Source: Sphingomicrobium sp.
GTDB lineage: Bacteria > Pseudomonadota > Alphaproteobacteria > Sphingomonadales > Sphingomonadaceae
Direction of reading: 5' to 3'
Length of the DNA: 64,000 nt
Assembly: GCA_035699505.1 (NCBI GenBank)
Contig: DASSPS010000045.1
Span: 731-64,730, forward strand
The notes below the pieces were generated by a model. The model did not search any database, was not told the DNA's origin, and saw nothing but the letters and a program-made list of their open reading frames with translations. Numbering within the stretch: the first letter of the stretch is position 1; every line of letters begins with the position of its first letter. Positions 27,612-37,552 of this stretch are shown piece after piece. Made by a program: the position numbers and the translations under genes.

Positions 27612-28243
27612 CCCTTAGCGGCAAGCATATCCTCGTCACTGCCGGACCGACCCACGAGCCGATCGACCCGGTCCGGGTGATCGCCAACCGGTCGTCGGGC
27701 AAGCAGGGCTTCGCGATCGCCGCGGCCGCCGCGAAGCTGGGCGCGCGCGTAACCCTGGTATCCGGCCCTGTCGGGCTGGAAACGCCGCGAGGAGTCGACC
27801 GGATCAGGGTCGAGACCGCCGAACAAATGGCCGAGGCAGTAATGGCCGCCCTGCCGGCCGATGTGGCCATCCTGGTCGCGGCGGTCGCCGACTGGCGGGT
27901 CGAACCGTCAAAAACCAAGCTCAAGAAAGGCGATGGCCCGCCAAAGCTGAATTTCGTGGCCACCCGCGACATCCTTGCCGAGCTTGCCACGGACCCAAAG
28001 CGGCCGCGCCTGCTGGTCGGCTTCGCCGCCGAGACCCATGCGGTGGTTGAGAATGCGATTGGCAAGCAGATCGCCAAGGGCGCCGACTGGATTGTCGCCA
28101 ACGACGTGTCGGGCGATGTCATGGGCGGCGACCGCAACCGGGTTCATCTTGTCACGGCGGACGGGGTCGAGGATTGGCCGGAAACGGACAAGGACCAGGT
28201 CGCCCGCCAGCTGATCGAGCGGATAGCGCAGGAGATTGCATGA
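27608..28243 (+). CDS. coaB: phosphopantothenate--cysteine ligase domain (CoaB), encoded as a separate ORF
   Basis: GTG 27608 overlaps the coaC stop (GTGA). The sequence reads [34 protein letters not shown].... Confidence 0.88.
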   Translation: MTLSGKHILVTAGPTHEPIDPVRVIANRSSGKQGFAIAAAAAKLGARVTLVSGPVGLETPRGVDRIRVETAEQMAEAVMAALPADVAILVAAVADWRVEPSKTKLKKGDGPPKLNFVATRDILAELATDPKRPRLLVGFAAETHAVVENAIGKQIAKGADWIVANDVSGDVMGGDRNRVHLVTADGVEDWPETDKDQVARQLIERIAQEIA

Positions 28244-28677
28244 TCGAAATCAAGTTCACGCGGCTGCCCCACGGCGACGGTCTACCGTTGCCGCAATATG
28301 CGAGCGACGCGGCCGCCGGACTCGACATCACGTCGGCCGAAGATCTGGTCTTGGAGCCGGGCAAGAGGCACGCCTTCGCGACCGGCCTCGCAATCGAGAT
28401 TCCGCACGGCTACGAAGTTCAGGTCCGGCCGCGGTCAGGCCTGGCGATCAGGCATGGCATCACCTGCCTCAATACGCCCGGAACCGTCGACAGCGATTAT
28501 CGCGGCGAGGTGAAGGTAATCCTGATCAACCTTGGCGATGAGCCATTTCATGTCCGCCGCGGCGAGCGGATCGCCCAGCTGGTCCCGGCACCCGTCCTCC
28601 GCGCCCATTTCAGCGAGGCCTTCCAGCTTGCGGAGACGGCACGCGGCAGCGGAGGCTTCGGCTCCACCGGACGATGA
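28240..28677 (+). CDS. dut: dUTP diphosphatase
   Basis: ...AAGLDI...[11 protein letters not shown]...[13 protein letters not shown] 28240 overlaps the coaB stop. Confidence 0.95.
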   Translation: MIEIKFTRLPHGDGLPLPQYASDAAAGLDITSAEDLVLEPGKRHAFATGLAIEIPHGYEVQVRPRSGLAIRHGITCLNTPGTVDSDYRGEVKVILINLGDEPFHVRRGERIAQLVPAPVLRAHFSEAFQLAETARGSGGFGSTGR

Positions 28678-29447
28678 CTTTCACGGATGATGAGCTTGAG
28701 CGCTACGCACGCCATATCGTCCTGCCAGACATCGGCGGCGCCGGCCAGGCGAGGCTGAAGCAGGCCAGCGCCGTGATCATCGGCGCCGGCGGGATGGGCA
28801 GCGCGGCCATCCCGGCCCTGGCCGGGGCGGGGTTCGGGCGGCTGACGATCATCGATGACGATGTCGTCGAGCTGGCCAACCTGCACCGTCAACCAATTTT
28901 CCGGACCGACCAAATCGGGCAGCCCAAGGCAGACCTTGCCGTCCGGTTCGTCGAAGCGGTCAACCCCTTCGTCGAAGCGGCACCGGTCACTGAGCGCGTC
29001 GATTCAGGCAATGCCGACCGGCTGCTCGCAGGCCATTCGCTGGTCATCGACGGCAGCGACAATTTCGCCACCCGGCTGGCCGTGGGTGACTCCAGCGTCC
29101 GGCTTCGCACTCCGCTGATCAGCGCCGCCGCCGCGCAATTCCAGGCGCAGATCGGCGTCTGGCGGGGCTGGGAACCGCGCCTTCCCTGCTACCGCTGCTT
29201 CGTCGGCGACGCCTTTGACGCCGATGATTGCGACAATTGCGCGGAGCTTGGCGTGCTGGGCGCGCTGGTCGGCGTGGCTGGCCATTTCGCGGCGCTCATG
29301 GCAATCCACGCCGTCGTCGGTTTCGGGGAGGAAGCCGCCGGCCATGTGCATGTCTTCGACGGACGCTCGTTCAGCTGGAAGAAAGTGCGAGTGATAAAGG
29401 ATCCGAACTGCCGCGTGTGTGGAGGGGGCAATGCGTCGCACTCATGA
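28674..29447 (+). CDS. moeB: HesA/MoeB/ThiF family adenylyltransferase
   Basis: [20 protein letters not shown]...IGAGGMGS, with C-terminal CxxC pairs. Confidence 0.88.
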   Translation: MTFTDDELERYARHIVLPDIGGAGQARLKQASAVIIGAGGMGSAAIPALAGAGFGRLTIIDDDVVELANLHRQPIFRTDQIGQPKADLAVRFVEAVNPFVEAAPVTERVDSGNADRLLAGHSLVIDGSDNFATRLAVGDSSVRLRTPLISAAAAQFQAQIGVWRGWEPRLPCYRCFVGDAFDADDCDNCAELGVLGALVGVAGHFAALMAIHAVVGFGEEAAGHVHVFDGRSFSWKKVRVIKDPNCRVCGGGNASHS

Positions 29448-29907
29448 TCTCGATGCCAAGGACAAGCAGATCCTTGCGTTGCTTGAGAGCGATGCGCGGC
29501 GCTCGAATTCCGACATCGCCCGAATCACCAGTCTTTCGGCGCCCACGGTCGCCGAACGGATTGCCCGGCTGCGCGACATCGGTGTCATTCGCGGGTTCAC
29601 CACGAAGATCGACGCGGCAAAGGTCGGCCTGCCGGTAAGCGCGATCGTCGAGTTCCGTCCGCACACGATGACGGACATGGAAGCGATCGATTTCGTCACC
29701 CGCTTTCCGCAAATCCGCGACTGCTATCGAGTCACCGGCAATGCCCTGCTGGTCCTGCTGATCCGTGTCCCCGACAATGACGGGCTGAAGGCCCTGCTCG
29801 CCGACCTGTACAAGCAGGGCGAGACACGGACCTCGGTGATCCTTCATACCGAGATTGACAGGCGGCCGATTTTCGCCGCGTCGGACGAAAGCGCGAAATG
29901 GGAGTAG
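29431..29907 (+). CDS. Lrp/AsnC family transcriptional regulator
   Basis: LDAKDKQILALLESDARRSNSDIARITSLSAPTVAERIARL plus an RAM/AsnC_trans_reg domain. GGAGGG sits upstream of ATG 29431. Confidence 0.9.
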   Translation: MRRTHDLDAKDKQILALLESDARRSNSDIARITSLSAPTVAERIARLRDIGVIRGFTTKIDAAKVGLPVSAIVEFRPHTMTDMEAIDFVTRFPQIRDCYRVTGNALLVLLIRVPDNDGLKALLADLYKQGETRTSVILHTEIDRRPIFAASDESAKWE

Positions 29908-30014
29908 CGGCCCGATTCGAGCTTAGATTCTAAAGCAAACTTCGCCGTTCCACTTTGAATCGCCATGGATGTGGCGACGCCCTTCGGTGCACCTTCACGC
30001 CGAAGGGGGATGGG

Positions 30015-30161
30015 ATGCGGTATCGGGCTTTCGTTGCCATCTTCATGGCCTGCTTCGCCGCCGGCGGCGCGGCCGCTCCGCCACCGTCGGTGCAGTGCGA
30101 GTCCGCGCCGGCCGACAGCCTTGGCCCCCTGCCGATGCGTGACGGGCCGGCGCAGCTATGA
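30015..30161 (+). CDS. hypothetical small secreted protein (48 aa)
   Basis: MRYRAFVAIFMACFAAGGAAA..., signal-peptide-like, with a GGGGA Shine-Dalgarno upstream. There is no homology support. Confidence 0.3.
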   Translation: MRYRAFVAIFMACFAAGGAAAPPPSVQCESAPADSLGPLPMRDGPAQL

Positions 30162-30262
30162 CCCTGCTTTCGATGATCCGCGTATGCCTTCGACGAATGG
30201 CCTCCGCGTGGATTGCGCCCGGCCGCTGCTTGACCGCAAACCCAACCATCGGGACGAATTGA

Positions 30263-31165
30263 ATGACCATCCGCATCTTTCTGGCGGCTTTCGCCGCCAT
30301 TCCCGCTGTCATTCCAGTGACAGCGGCCATTGCCATGCATCACGAAGCCTCGCCGGCGGCGCTGGTCGATGAACTGATCGCCGCCGACCGGGCCTTCGCC
30401 GCCGCCGCCAAGGACAAGGAACTGGTCGACGGGCTGCTGCCGATGTTCGACGACGACACGGTCATGCCCGCGCCTGGCGGCTTCGCCAAAGGTCCGACGG
30501 CGATCGCCGCCGCCCTCGCGTCCAACCCCGCCAACGCCGGCGCGAAGGCGACCTGGACGCCGGTGCGTGGCGGCATATCAGCCGACGGCAAGCACGGCTT
30601 CACCATCGGCTTCATGACCATGAAGGCGGAAGGCAAGCCGGACCGGAAAGCCAAATATGTTGCCTACTGGATCAAGCGGCCTGCCGGGTGGCGGGTCGCG
30701 GTCTACAAGCGGGTTCCACGCCCGGACGGCGAAGTGTCGCTTGATCTCATGGCGCCGTCGCTGCCGGAAAAGCCACTGACGCCGGCGTCGGACCCGGCAA
30801 CGCTTGCCGCCTACAAGGCCAGCCTCGACAAGGCCGAGCGCGAGTTTTCGGCCCTCTCGCTGAAGATCGGACTCGGGCCGGCATTCGTCCAAAATGGCCG
30901 CTCGGACGCGACAAACGTCGGCTCCGGTCCAGGATTCACGGTCGGCAATGACAAGATCGGCGAGGATGTCGGCAAGTTCGACGGGCCGCCGATCCAGTGG
31001 GGGCCGGAAGACGTCATCGTTTCCTCGACGGGGGATTTCGGGATCACCTGGGGCTTCATTCGTCCCCTTAACCCTCCCGCGAACGGTCAGTCCGCCGGGG
31101 GACCCTATACTACCATATGGCGCCGGGCCGCTCCCGATCAGCCCTGGCGCTATGTCGCCGAATAG
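30263..31165 (+). CDS. secreted protein with tandem SnoaL/DUF4440-like (NTF2-fold) domains
   Basis: A signal peptide followed by two repeats of the NTF2-like pattern (...ADRAFAAAA...GFTIGF...YVAYWIKRPAGWRV...). Confidence 0.6.
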   Translation: MTIRIFLAAFAAIPAVIPVTAAIAMHHEASPAALVDELIAADRAFAAAAKDKELVDGLLPMFDDDTVMPAPGGFAKGPTAIAAALASNPANAGAKATWTPVRGGISADGKHGFTIGFMTMKAEGKPDRKAKYVAYWIKRPAGWRVAVYKRVPRPDGEVSLDLMAPSLPEKPLTPASDPATLAAYKASLDKAEREFSALSLKIGLGPAFVQNGRSDATNVGSGPGFTVGNDKIGEDVGKFDGPPIQWGPEDVIVSSTGDFGITWGFIRPLNPPANGQSAGGPYTTIWRRAAPDQPWRYVAE

Positions 31166-31168
31166 AGC

Positions 31169-33637
31169 CTAGCTCTTTCGACGGCGGGCCCCGCGAGACC
31201 CCCTTCTCGCGGGGCCTTTTTCGGCCTTCGCGTCGATCCAGGCAATGGCCTGGTCGAGCGTGACCGACGCCGGTTCCGTGCCCTTGGGCAACGTCGCGTG
31301 AACCGCCCCGTCGCTGACATAGGGGCCATAGCGGCCGGCCATCACCTTGATGTCCTTGCCGGACGCCGGATGCGGCCCGAGCACCGCGATCGGCTCGCGC
31401 GACCCCTCGCGCTTGCCGCCGCCCTTGGCCGCCTCGGCGAGCTTGACGACCGCGGCATTCATGCCGGTTTCAAACACTTCGACGGTCGATGTGAGCCGCG
31501 CATACTTGCCGTCATGCGCGAGATATGGCCCATAGCGCCCGATCGACGCCGTGATCATGTTGCCGGTTTCGGGATGCGGCCCGATCTCCCGCGGCAACGA
31601 CAGCAGTTTCGCCGCCATCTCCGCCGTCAGATCGTCGACTGGGACATCCTCGGGGATCGACGCGCGCTTGCCGTCCTTCTCGACATAGGGACCAAAGCGG
31701 CCGGACTTGAGTTCGATGCCGTCGCCAAGGTCGCTTGGCTCCGCGGAGGCGGCCGCATCGCTGCCGGCCTGCCCGAATTTCCGAGTGAATTTGCACTCCG
31801 GGTAATTCGAGCAGGCAACGAAGGCGCCATATTTGCCGCCGCGCAGGGATAGTCGGCCGGTGCCGCAGGCCGGACAGGCACGCGGGTCGCTGCCGTCGGA
31901 CTTCGGCGGGTAGAGCCAAGGCGCGAGGAATTCATCGAGCGCCGCGGTGATTTCCGACGGCTGCTGATCCATGACCTCGCCGGCCTTGGGCTTGAAGTCG
32001 CGCCAGAAGTCCTGGAGCAGTTTCTGCCAGTCGAGCCGGCCGCCGGACACGTCGTCCAGCTCCTCCTCGAGCTCGGCAGTGTAATCATAATTGACGTAGC
32101 GTTCGAAGAAACGCTCGAGGAAGGCCGTGACCAGGCGGCCGCTTTCCTCAGGCATGAAGCGGTTCTTGTCCAGCCGGACATATTCCCGGTCCTTCAGCGT
32201 CTGCAGGGTCGCCGCATAGGTCGACGGCCGTCCGATGCCGAGCTCCTCGAGCCGCTTGACGAGGCTCGCCTCGGAATATCGAGGCGGCGGCTGAGTGAAG
32301 CTTTGCACCGCCTCGACACCGGTCTTGGCCGGGGCATCGCCAGCGCGAAGAATGGGCATGCGAGCGCCTTCCTCTTCGTCGGCCTTTTCGTCGCGCCCTT
32401 CCTCGTAAAGCGCGAGATAGCCGGGAAAAATCGTCACCTGGCCAGTGGCGCGCAGCAACGCTCGTCCGGCGCCGTCGGCCAGCTCGACCGTCGTCCGCTC
32501 CAGCCGGGCCGAGGCCATCTGACTGGCGAGCGCGCGATTGTAGACCAGTTCGTAAAGCCGGGCGTGATCGCCCGATCCTGCCCTGGCGCGGCTGAAGTCG
32601 GTCGGGCGGATAGCCTCGTGCGCTTCCTGAGCATTCTTGATCTTGCTGGTGTATTTGCGTGGACGGTCCGGCACGAACCCGCTGTCGTAGCGGCTGGCGA
32701 TCGCCCGGCGAGCATCACTGATCGCCTCACCGGCCATGTCGACGCCGTCGGTCCGCATGTAGGTGATCAGGCCCTCTTCATAGAGACCCTGCGCGACCCG
32801 CATCGTGTGGCTGGCCGAGAAACCCAGCTTGCGCGCCGCTTCCTGCTGCAAGGTTGAGGTCGTGAAGGGCGGCGGGGGATTCTTGGCGAACGGCTTGGTC
32901 TCCACGCTCGCCACCGTGAACTGGCCCTGCTCGACGATGTGGCGGGCCTGGTCCGCATCGCTCTTGTTGCCGATCATCAAGCGATCGATCTTGTCGCCAT
33001 CGAGCTGGACGAGCCGCGCCGCGAAGCTTTGGCCATCCTTCTCGAAGGTCGCGCCGACCTGCCAATATTCCTGGGGCAAGAAGATTTCGATCTCGCGCTC
33101 GCGGTCGACGATCAGCCGCAGTGCGACGGATTGAACCCTTCCGGCCGACTTGGCGCCGGGCAGCTTGCGCCACAGGATCGGCGACAGGGTGAAACCGACC
33201 AGATAATCGAGTGCGCGGCGCGCCCGATAGGCATCGATCAAATCCTCGTCGAGGCCGCGGGGCCGCTTCATCGCCTCCCCGACGGCGGAAGGAGTAATGG
33301 CGTTGAACGTCACGCGTTCGACCTTGGCAGGCAGCGCCTTGCGCTTGCGGAGGACTTCCTGGACGTGCCAGCTGATCGCCTCCCCTTCCCGGTCCGGGTC
33401 GGTGGCGAGGATCAATGTGTCCGCTTTCCTGGCCTCGTCGGTGATCGCTTTCAGCTGCCTTGCCTTGTCGGGATAGGTTTCCCACACCATCGCGAAATCC
33501 TGGTCGGGATCGACCGACCCGTCCTTGGGCGGCAAATCGCGGACGTGGCCAAAGCTCGCCAGCACACGATGCCCGGCACCCAGATATTTTTCGATGGTCT
33601 TCGCCTTGGCCGGCGATTCAACGACAACGAGCTTCAC
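31169..33637 (-). CDS. topA: DNA topoisomerase I
   Basis: VKLVVVESPAKAKTIEKYLG..., Toprim and topoisomerase IA domains, and C-terminal zinc-ribbon-like repeats. The start is GTG 33637, 6-7 nt after GAGGGG. An alternative GTG lies at 33655. Confidence 0.96.
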   Translation of the reverse strand: MKLVVVESPAKAKTIEKYLGAGHRVLASFGHVRDLPPKDGSVDPDQDFAMVWETYPDKARQLKAITDEARKADTLILATDPDREGEAISWHVQEVLRKRKALPAKVERVTFNAITPSAVGEAMKRPRGLDEDLIDAYRARRALDYLVGFTLSPILWRKLPGAKSAGRVQSVALRLIVDREREIEIFLPQEYWQVGATFEKDGQSFAARLVQLDGDKIDRLMIGNKSDADQARHIVEQGQFTVASVETKPFAKNPPPPFTTSTLQQEAARKLGFSASHTMRVAQGLYEEGLITYMRTDGVDMAGEAISDARRAIASRYDSGFVPDRPRKYTSKIKNAQEAHEAIRPTDFSRARAGSGDHARLYELVYNRALASQMASARLERTTVELADGAGRALLRATGQVTIFPGYLALYEEGRDEKADEEEGARMPILRAGDAPAKTGVEAVQSFTQPPPRYSEASLVKRLEELGIGRPSTYAATLQTLKDREYVRLDKNRFMPEESGRLVTAFLERFFERYVNYDYTAELEEELDDVSGGRLDWQKLLQDFWRDFKPKAGEVMDQQPSEITAALDEFLAPWLYPPKSDGSDPRACPACGTGRLSLRGGKYGAFVACSNYPECKFTRKFGQAGSDAAASAEPSDLGDGIELKSGRFGPYVEKDGKRASIPEDVPVDDLTAEMAAKLLSLPREIGPHPETGNMITASIGRYGPYLAHDGKYARLTSTVEVFETGMNAAVVKLAEAAKGGGKREGSREPIAVLGPHPASGKDIKVMAGRYGPYVSDGAVHATLPKGTEPASVTLDQAIAWIDAKAEKGPARRGSRGARRRKS

Positions 33638-33689
33638 GCAATTCCCCTCACGCACACGCGTATAAGGTGGGGTTGTCGGAATCCCCTCG

Positions 33690-34778
33690 TCAAGCGGGGC
33701 GCAGGCTCACCTTGCCGCCGGCATGGCGGTCGAGGCGTCCGGCAAGGTCGAGTTCTAGAAGCGCCAACTGGACCGCGCCGCTCGGCGCGCCGGACAGGCG
33801 GATGATCTCGTCGACCGGGACGGGCGATGGACCAAGCAGTTCCTCCACGAGATCCAGCGCGCTGTCGTCCCCGTTCATTGGCGCAGCCGGTGCGGCCTCA
33901 TAGGGATCGCGAACAGCATGCACCCGGGGGGCCGATGGCTGGATTGCCTCGATGACGTCGGCGGCATTCTGCACCAGCGTCGCGCCATCGCGGATCAGCT
34001 GGTTGCACCCTTGCGCTCGCGGGTCGAGCGGCGAGCCGGGCACAGCCATCACCTCGCGCCCCATTTCGCCGGCGAGCCGGGCCGTGATGAGCGAGCCGGA
34101 CCTGGGCGCCGCCTCGACCACGACGGTGCCGGCGCTGATCCCGGCGATGATCCGATTGCGGTACGGAAAATGGCGCGCCCGCGGCTCAATGCCCGGCGGC
34201 ATTTCGGCAAGCACCAGCCCGCGTTCGAACATCGCCATTTGCCGCGCCTGATTTTCCGGCGGATAGAAAATGTCGATGCCGCCGGCGACGACGCCGATCG
34301 TGCCTGTATCCAGAGCGCCGTCATGCGCGGCGCTGTCGATGCCTCGGGCGAGGCCGGAGACCACGGCCAGACCCTCGCGCCCCAGGTCGTGCGCCAAGCC
34401 ACGGGCGAAGCGGCAGGCGGCGGCCGAGGCGTTGCGGGCGCCAACCATCGCCACCGCCGGCAGGTCGAGCAGTTCAAGCCGGCCCCTGGCGATCAGCAAG
34501 GGCGGAGAATCGTCGATTTGCGACAGCAGAACCGGATAGCCGGTCGATCCGGTCGCGAGGTATCGGCCGCCGAGGCGATCGACCCGGTCGGCTTCGATAA
34601 CGGCCTCATCCTCATCGACGATCCGCGGAGGCATTCCGCCGCCGCGCCGGGCCAGGTCCGGTATGGCCGCCAGTGCCGCGCCCGGCGAGCCGAAGCGCGC
34701 CACCAGCTGATGGAAGGTGATCGGGCCGATGCCCGCGGTGCGCAGAAGCCTTATGCGGTCGATCAGGTCATTTGGCAT
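33690..34778 (-). CDS. dprA: DNA-processing protein DprA
   Basis: ...GIGPITFHQLVARFGS..., a Rossmann-like DprA domain (VVSGLARGIDSAAH). The start is ATG 34778. Confidence 0.93.
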   Translation of the reverse strand: MPNDLIDRIRLLRTAGIGPITFHQLVARFGSPGAALAAIPDLARRGGGMPPRIVDEDEAVIEADRVDRLGGRYLATGSTGYPVLLSQIDDSPPLLIARGRLELLDLPAVAMVGARNASAAACRFARGLAHDLGREGLAVVSGLARGIDSAAHDGALDTGTIGVVAGGIDIFYPPENQARQMAMFERGLVLAEMPPGIEPRARHFPYRNRIIAGISAGTVVVEAAPRSGSLITARLAGEMGREVMAVPGSPLDPRAQGCNQLIRDGATLVQNAADVIEAIQPSAPRVHAVRDPYEAAPAAPMNGDDSALDLVEELLGPSPVPVDEIIRLSGAPSGAVQLALLELDLAGRLDRHAGGKVSLRPA

Positions 34779-35367
34779 TGGCTCTCCCGATGCGTGGTTC
34801 CGTCCCGGCCTTGAGGCGGGCAAGATTCGCGCGGTGCTTCCACACCACGAGAAGGGCGAAACCGAGCAGCATCGGGAAGAGCGATCGCTCGCCCAGGATT
34901 GCAGCGCCCACCGGCGCGCTGACGGCCGCCGCGATGCCGGCGACCGATGAAATGCGAACAAGAAGCAGCAGACCAGTCCAGACAATCGCGTAGATGAGCG
35001 CGGCGATCGGCAGGACCGCGATCAGGATGCCAAGCAGGGTGGCGACGCCCTTGCCACCCTTGAACCTGAGCCAGACGGGATAAAGGTGGCCGACCATCGC
35101 GCCAGCTGCGGCAAAGGCGTCGACGTCGTGACCGAACAGCCGGCGGGCAAGCAGGACGGCAGCCGTCGCCTTCAGGCAGTCCAGCACCAGGGTCGCCGCG
35201 GCGAGGCCCTTGCTGCCGGTGCGAAGTACGTTGGTCGCACCGATATTGCCGGACCCGATCTCGCGGACATCGCCCTTCCCGCCCAGCCTGGTGAGGATCA
35301 GGCCGAACGGGATCGACCCGAACAGATAACCGATCGCCAGGGCGAAAAGCAGGTCGGCATCGAACAT
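34768..35367 (-). CDS. plsY: glycerol-3-phosphate acyltransferase PlsY
   Basis: ...GYLFGSIPFGLILTRL...GSGNIGATNVLRTG.... The start is ATG 35367. Confidence 0.94.
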   Translation of the reverse strand: MFDADLLFALAIGYLFGSIPFGLILTRLGGKGDVREIGSGNIGATNVLRTGSKGLAAATLVLDCLKATAAVLLARRLFGHDVDAFAAAGAMVGHLYPVWLRFKGGKGVATLLGILIAVLPIAALIYAIVWTGLLLLVRISSVAGIAAAVSAPVGAAILGERSLFPMLLGFALLVVWKHRANLARLKAGTEPRIGRANAK

Positions 35368-35384
35368 GGTGCGGTTGGTAGCAA

Positions 35385-36233
35385 ATGGGAACGGACGCGC
35401 AACCTTGCGGGCGCAGGCCGCAATCGCCACACAGCGAACCCGTGGATCCGAACGCCCCCTTGCTCTTCTTCGATTCCGGTGTCGGCGGCCTGTCAGTGCT
35501 TGGCCCGACCAGGGCGCTGCTGCCGACCGCGCCGATCGTCTATGTCGCCGACAATGGCGCCTATCCCTACGGCACCCGGACCGAGGCGGAAATCGCCAGC
35601 CGGGTTCCAGCGCTGCTAGGCCGGCTGGTCGAGCGCTTTCACCCGCGGCTGGCCGTCATCGCCTGCAACACCGCTTCGACCATTGCCCTCGACCATGTCC
35701 GAGCCGCGCTCGACCTGCCGGTGGTCGGCACCGTCCCCGCCATCAAGCCGGCTGCGGAACTTTCGACCAGCCGGGTCATCGGCGTGCTTGGGACGGCAGC
35801 GACCGTCCGCCAGCCCTATGTCGACAATCTCGCCGCCGAGTTCGCCGCCGACTGCACCGTCCTTCGTCACGGGTCGGCCGATCTCGTCGACCTGGCCGAA
35901 GCCAAGATCGCCGGCGATGCGATTACCATCGGCGCCGTGCGTGACGCCGCCGCGCCTCTGTTCGACCAGCCCAAGGGGAAGCGGATTGACACGATCGTCC
36001 TCGCCTGCACGCATTTCACGCTGCTCGCGGAGGAATTGGAGGAGGCCTACCCGGGACTTACGTGGGTCGATGGAGCCGACGGCATCGCCCGGCGGATCGA
36101 ATCCCTCACCCGGAGCCAGCCCTGGCCGATCGATCGGCCGCCTGGCATCTTCGTCTCTACCGGCGCCGGGCCCCGCGATTCGTTGCTTTCCAGCCTGGCC
36201 GCCTTCGGTCTGGACAAGGCGCAGCTGCTCTAG
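35385..36233 (+). CDS. murI: glutamate racemase
   Basis: FDSGVGGLSV, ACNTAS and LACTHF motifs. Confidence 0.93.
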   Translation: MGTDAQPCGRRPQSPHSEPVDPNAPLLFFDSGVGGLSVLGPTRALLPTAPIVYVADNGAYPYGTRTEAEIASRVPALLGRLVERFHPRLAVIACNTASTIALDHVRAALDLPVVGTVPAIKPAAELSTSRVIGVLGTAATVRQPYVDNLAAEFAADCTVLRHGSADLVDLAEAKIAGDAITIGAVRDAAAPLFDQPKGKRIDTIVLACTHFTLLAEELEEAYPGLTWVDGADGIARRIESLTRSQPWPIDRPPGIFVSTGAGPRDSLLSSLAAFGLDKAQLL

Positions 36234-36250
36234 TTGAGAGTCATTCTCAA
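36234..36250. promoter_or_regulatory. 17-bp palindrome TTGAGAG-TCA-TTCTCAA upstream of hemA (Irr/ICE-like operator candidate)
   Basis: 7-3-7 inverted repeat with 6 of 7 arm positions complementary, 45 nt upstream of the hemA ATG. It resembles the iron control element TTTAGAA-N3-TTCTAAA. Confidence 0.35.
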
Positions 36251-36294
36251 TGGCCTTCCGCGATCGGCGGCGTTAAAGGGCCAGCCGAGCGGAC

Positions 36295-37509
36295 ATGGAT
36301 TACGACAGCATCTTCAAGGCGGCCGTTCAGCGGCTCCATGACGAGGGACGCTATCGCGTCTTCATCGACATATTGCGGACGAAGGGGGATTACCCCAATG
36401 CGCAATGTTTCGCCGGGCATAACGGTCCGAAGCCGATTACCGTCTGGTGCTCCAACGATTATCTGTGCATGGGCCAGCATCCGAAAGTCGTAGAGGCCAT
36501 GGAAACGGCGCTGCACGAGGTCGGCGCCGGCTCGGGCGGCACCCGCAACATCGGCGGCAACACCCATTATCATGTCGAGCTGGAGTCCGAGCTTTCGTCG
36601 CTCCACGGCAAGGACGGGGCGCTGCTGTTCACGTCGGGCTATGTCTCCAACGAGGCGGCGCTGTCGACGCTTGGCAAGCTTCTGCCGGGCTGCATCATCT
36701 ATTCGGATGCCCTCAACCATGCCTCGATGATCGCGGGCATCCGCAGCTCGGGATGCGAGAAGCGCGTTTTCCGCCACAACGACCTCGAACATCTCGAGGC
36801 ATTGCTGGCCGCGGACGATCCGGACGCGCCCAAGTTGATCGCCTTCGAGAGCGTCTATTCGATGGACGGCGATGTCGCGCCGATCGCAGCGATCTGCGAC
36901 CTGGCCGAAAAATATGGCGCGCTCACCTACCTCGATGAGGTTCATGCCGTCGGCATGTACGGGCCGCATGGCGGCGGCATTTCCGAGCGCGATGAGGTCG
37001 CCAGCCGAATCACCCTGATCGAAGGCACTCTCGGCAAGGCCTTCGGCGTGATGGGCGGCTATGTCGCCGCCGACCGTACGATCGTCGACTGCATCCGCAG
37101 TTATGCGCCGGGATTCATTTTCACGACCTCCTTGTCGCCGGTGCTGGTCGCCGGGGCGCTCGCGAGCGTCCGTCACCTCAAAGTCTCGTCCGCCGAGCGG
37201 GAAGCGCAGCAACGGTCGGCGGCGCTCCTCAAGGCCAAGTTTGGCGACGCTCGGCTGCCGGTGATGCCGAGCGTCACCCACATCGTGCCGCTGCTGGTCG
37301 GTTGCCCGGTCAAGGCCAAGCGAATCAGCGACATCCTACTGGCCGAGTACGGCCTCTACGTTCAGCCAATCAATTACCCGACCGTGCCCCGCGGCACCGA
37401 GCGCCTGCGCTTCACGCCGGGACCGCACCACACCGCCGAGAAGATGGACGAGCTGACCAAGGCGCTGGCCGAGATCTGGGACCGGCTGGAGATGCGCCTC
37501 GCGGCTTAG
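36295..37509 (+). CDS. hemA: 5-aminolevulinate synthase
   Basis: 404 aa, alpha-oxoamine synthase family (…[13 protein letters not shown]…SMDGD…), typical of alphaproteobacterial ALAS. Confidence 0.95.
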   Translation: MDYDSIFKAAVQRLHDEGRYRVFIDILRTKGDYPNAQCFAGHNGPKPITVWCSNDYLCMGQHPKVVEAMETALHEVGAGSGGTRNIGGNTHYHVELESELSSLHGKDGALLFTSGYVSNEAALSTLGKLLPGCIIYSDALNHASMIAGIRSSGCEKRVFRHNDLEHLEALLAADDPDAPKLIAFESVYSMDGDVAPIAAICDLAEKYGALTYLDEVHAVGMYGPHGGGISERDEVASRITLIEGTLGKAFGVMGGYVAADRTIVDCIRSYAPGFIFTTSLSPVLVAGALASVRHLKVSSAEREAQQRSAALLKAKFGDARLPVMPSVTHIVPLLVGCPVKAKRISDILLAEYGLYVQPINYPTVPRGTERLRFTPGPHHTAEKMDELTKALAEIWDRLEMRLAA

Positions 37510-37552
37510 GCGGCAAGTTCGCCGGTTGATGCTTCCTTGTTCGCTCCGCCGA

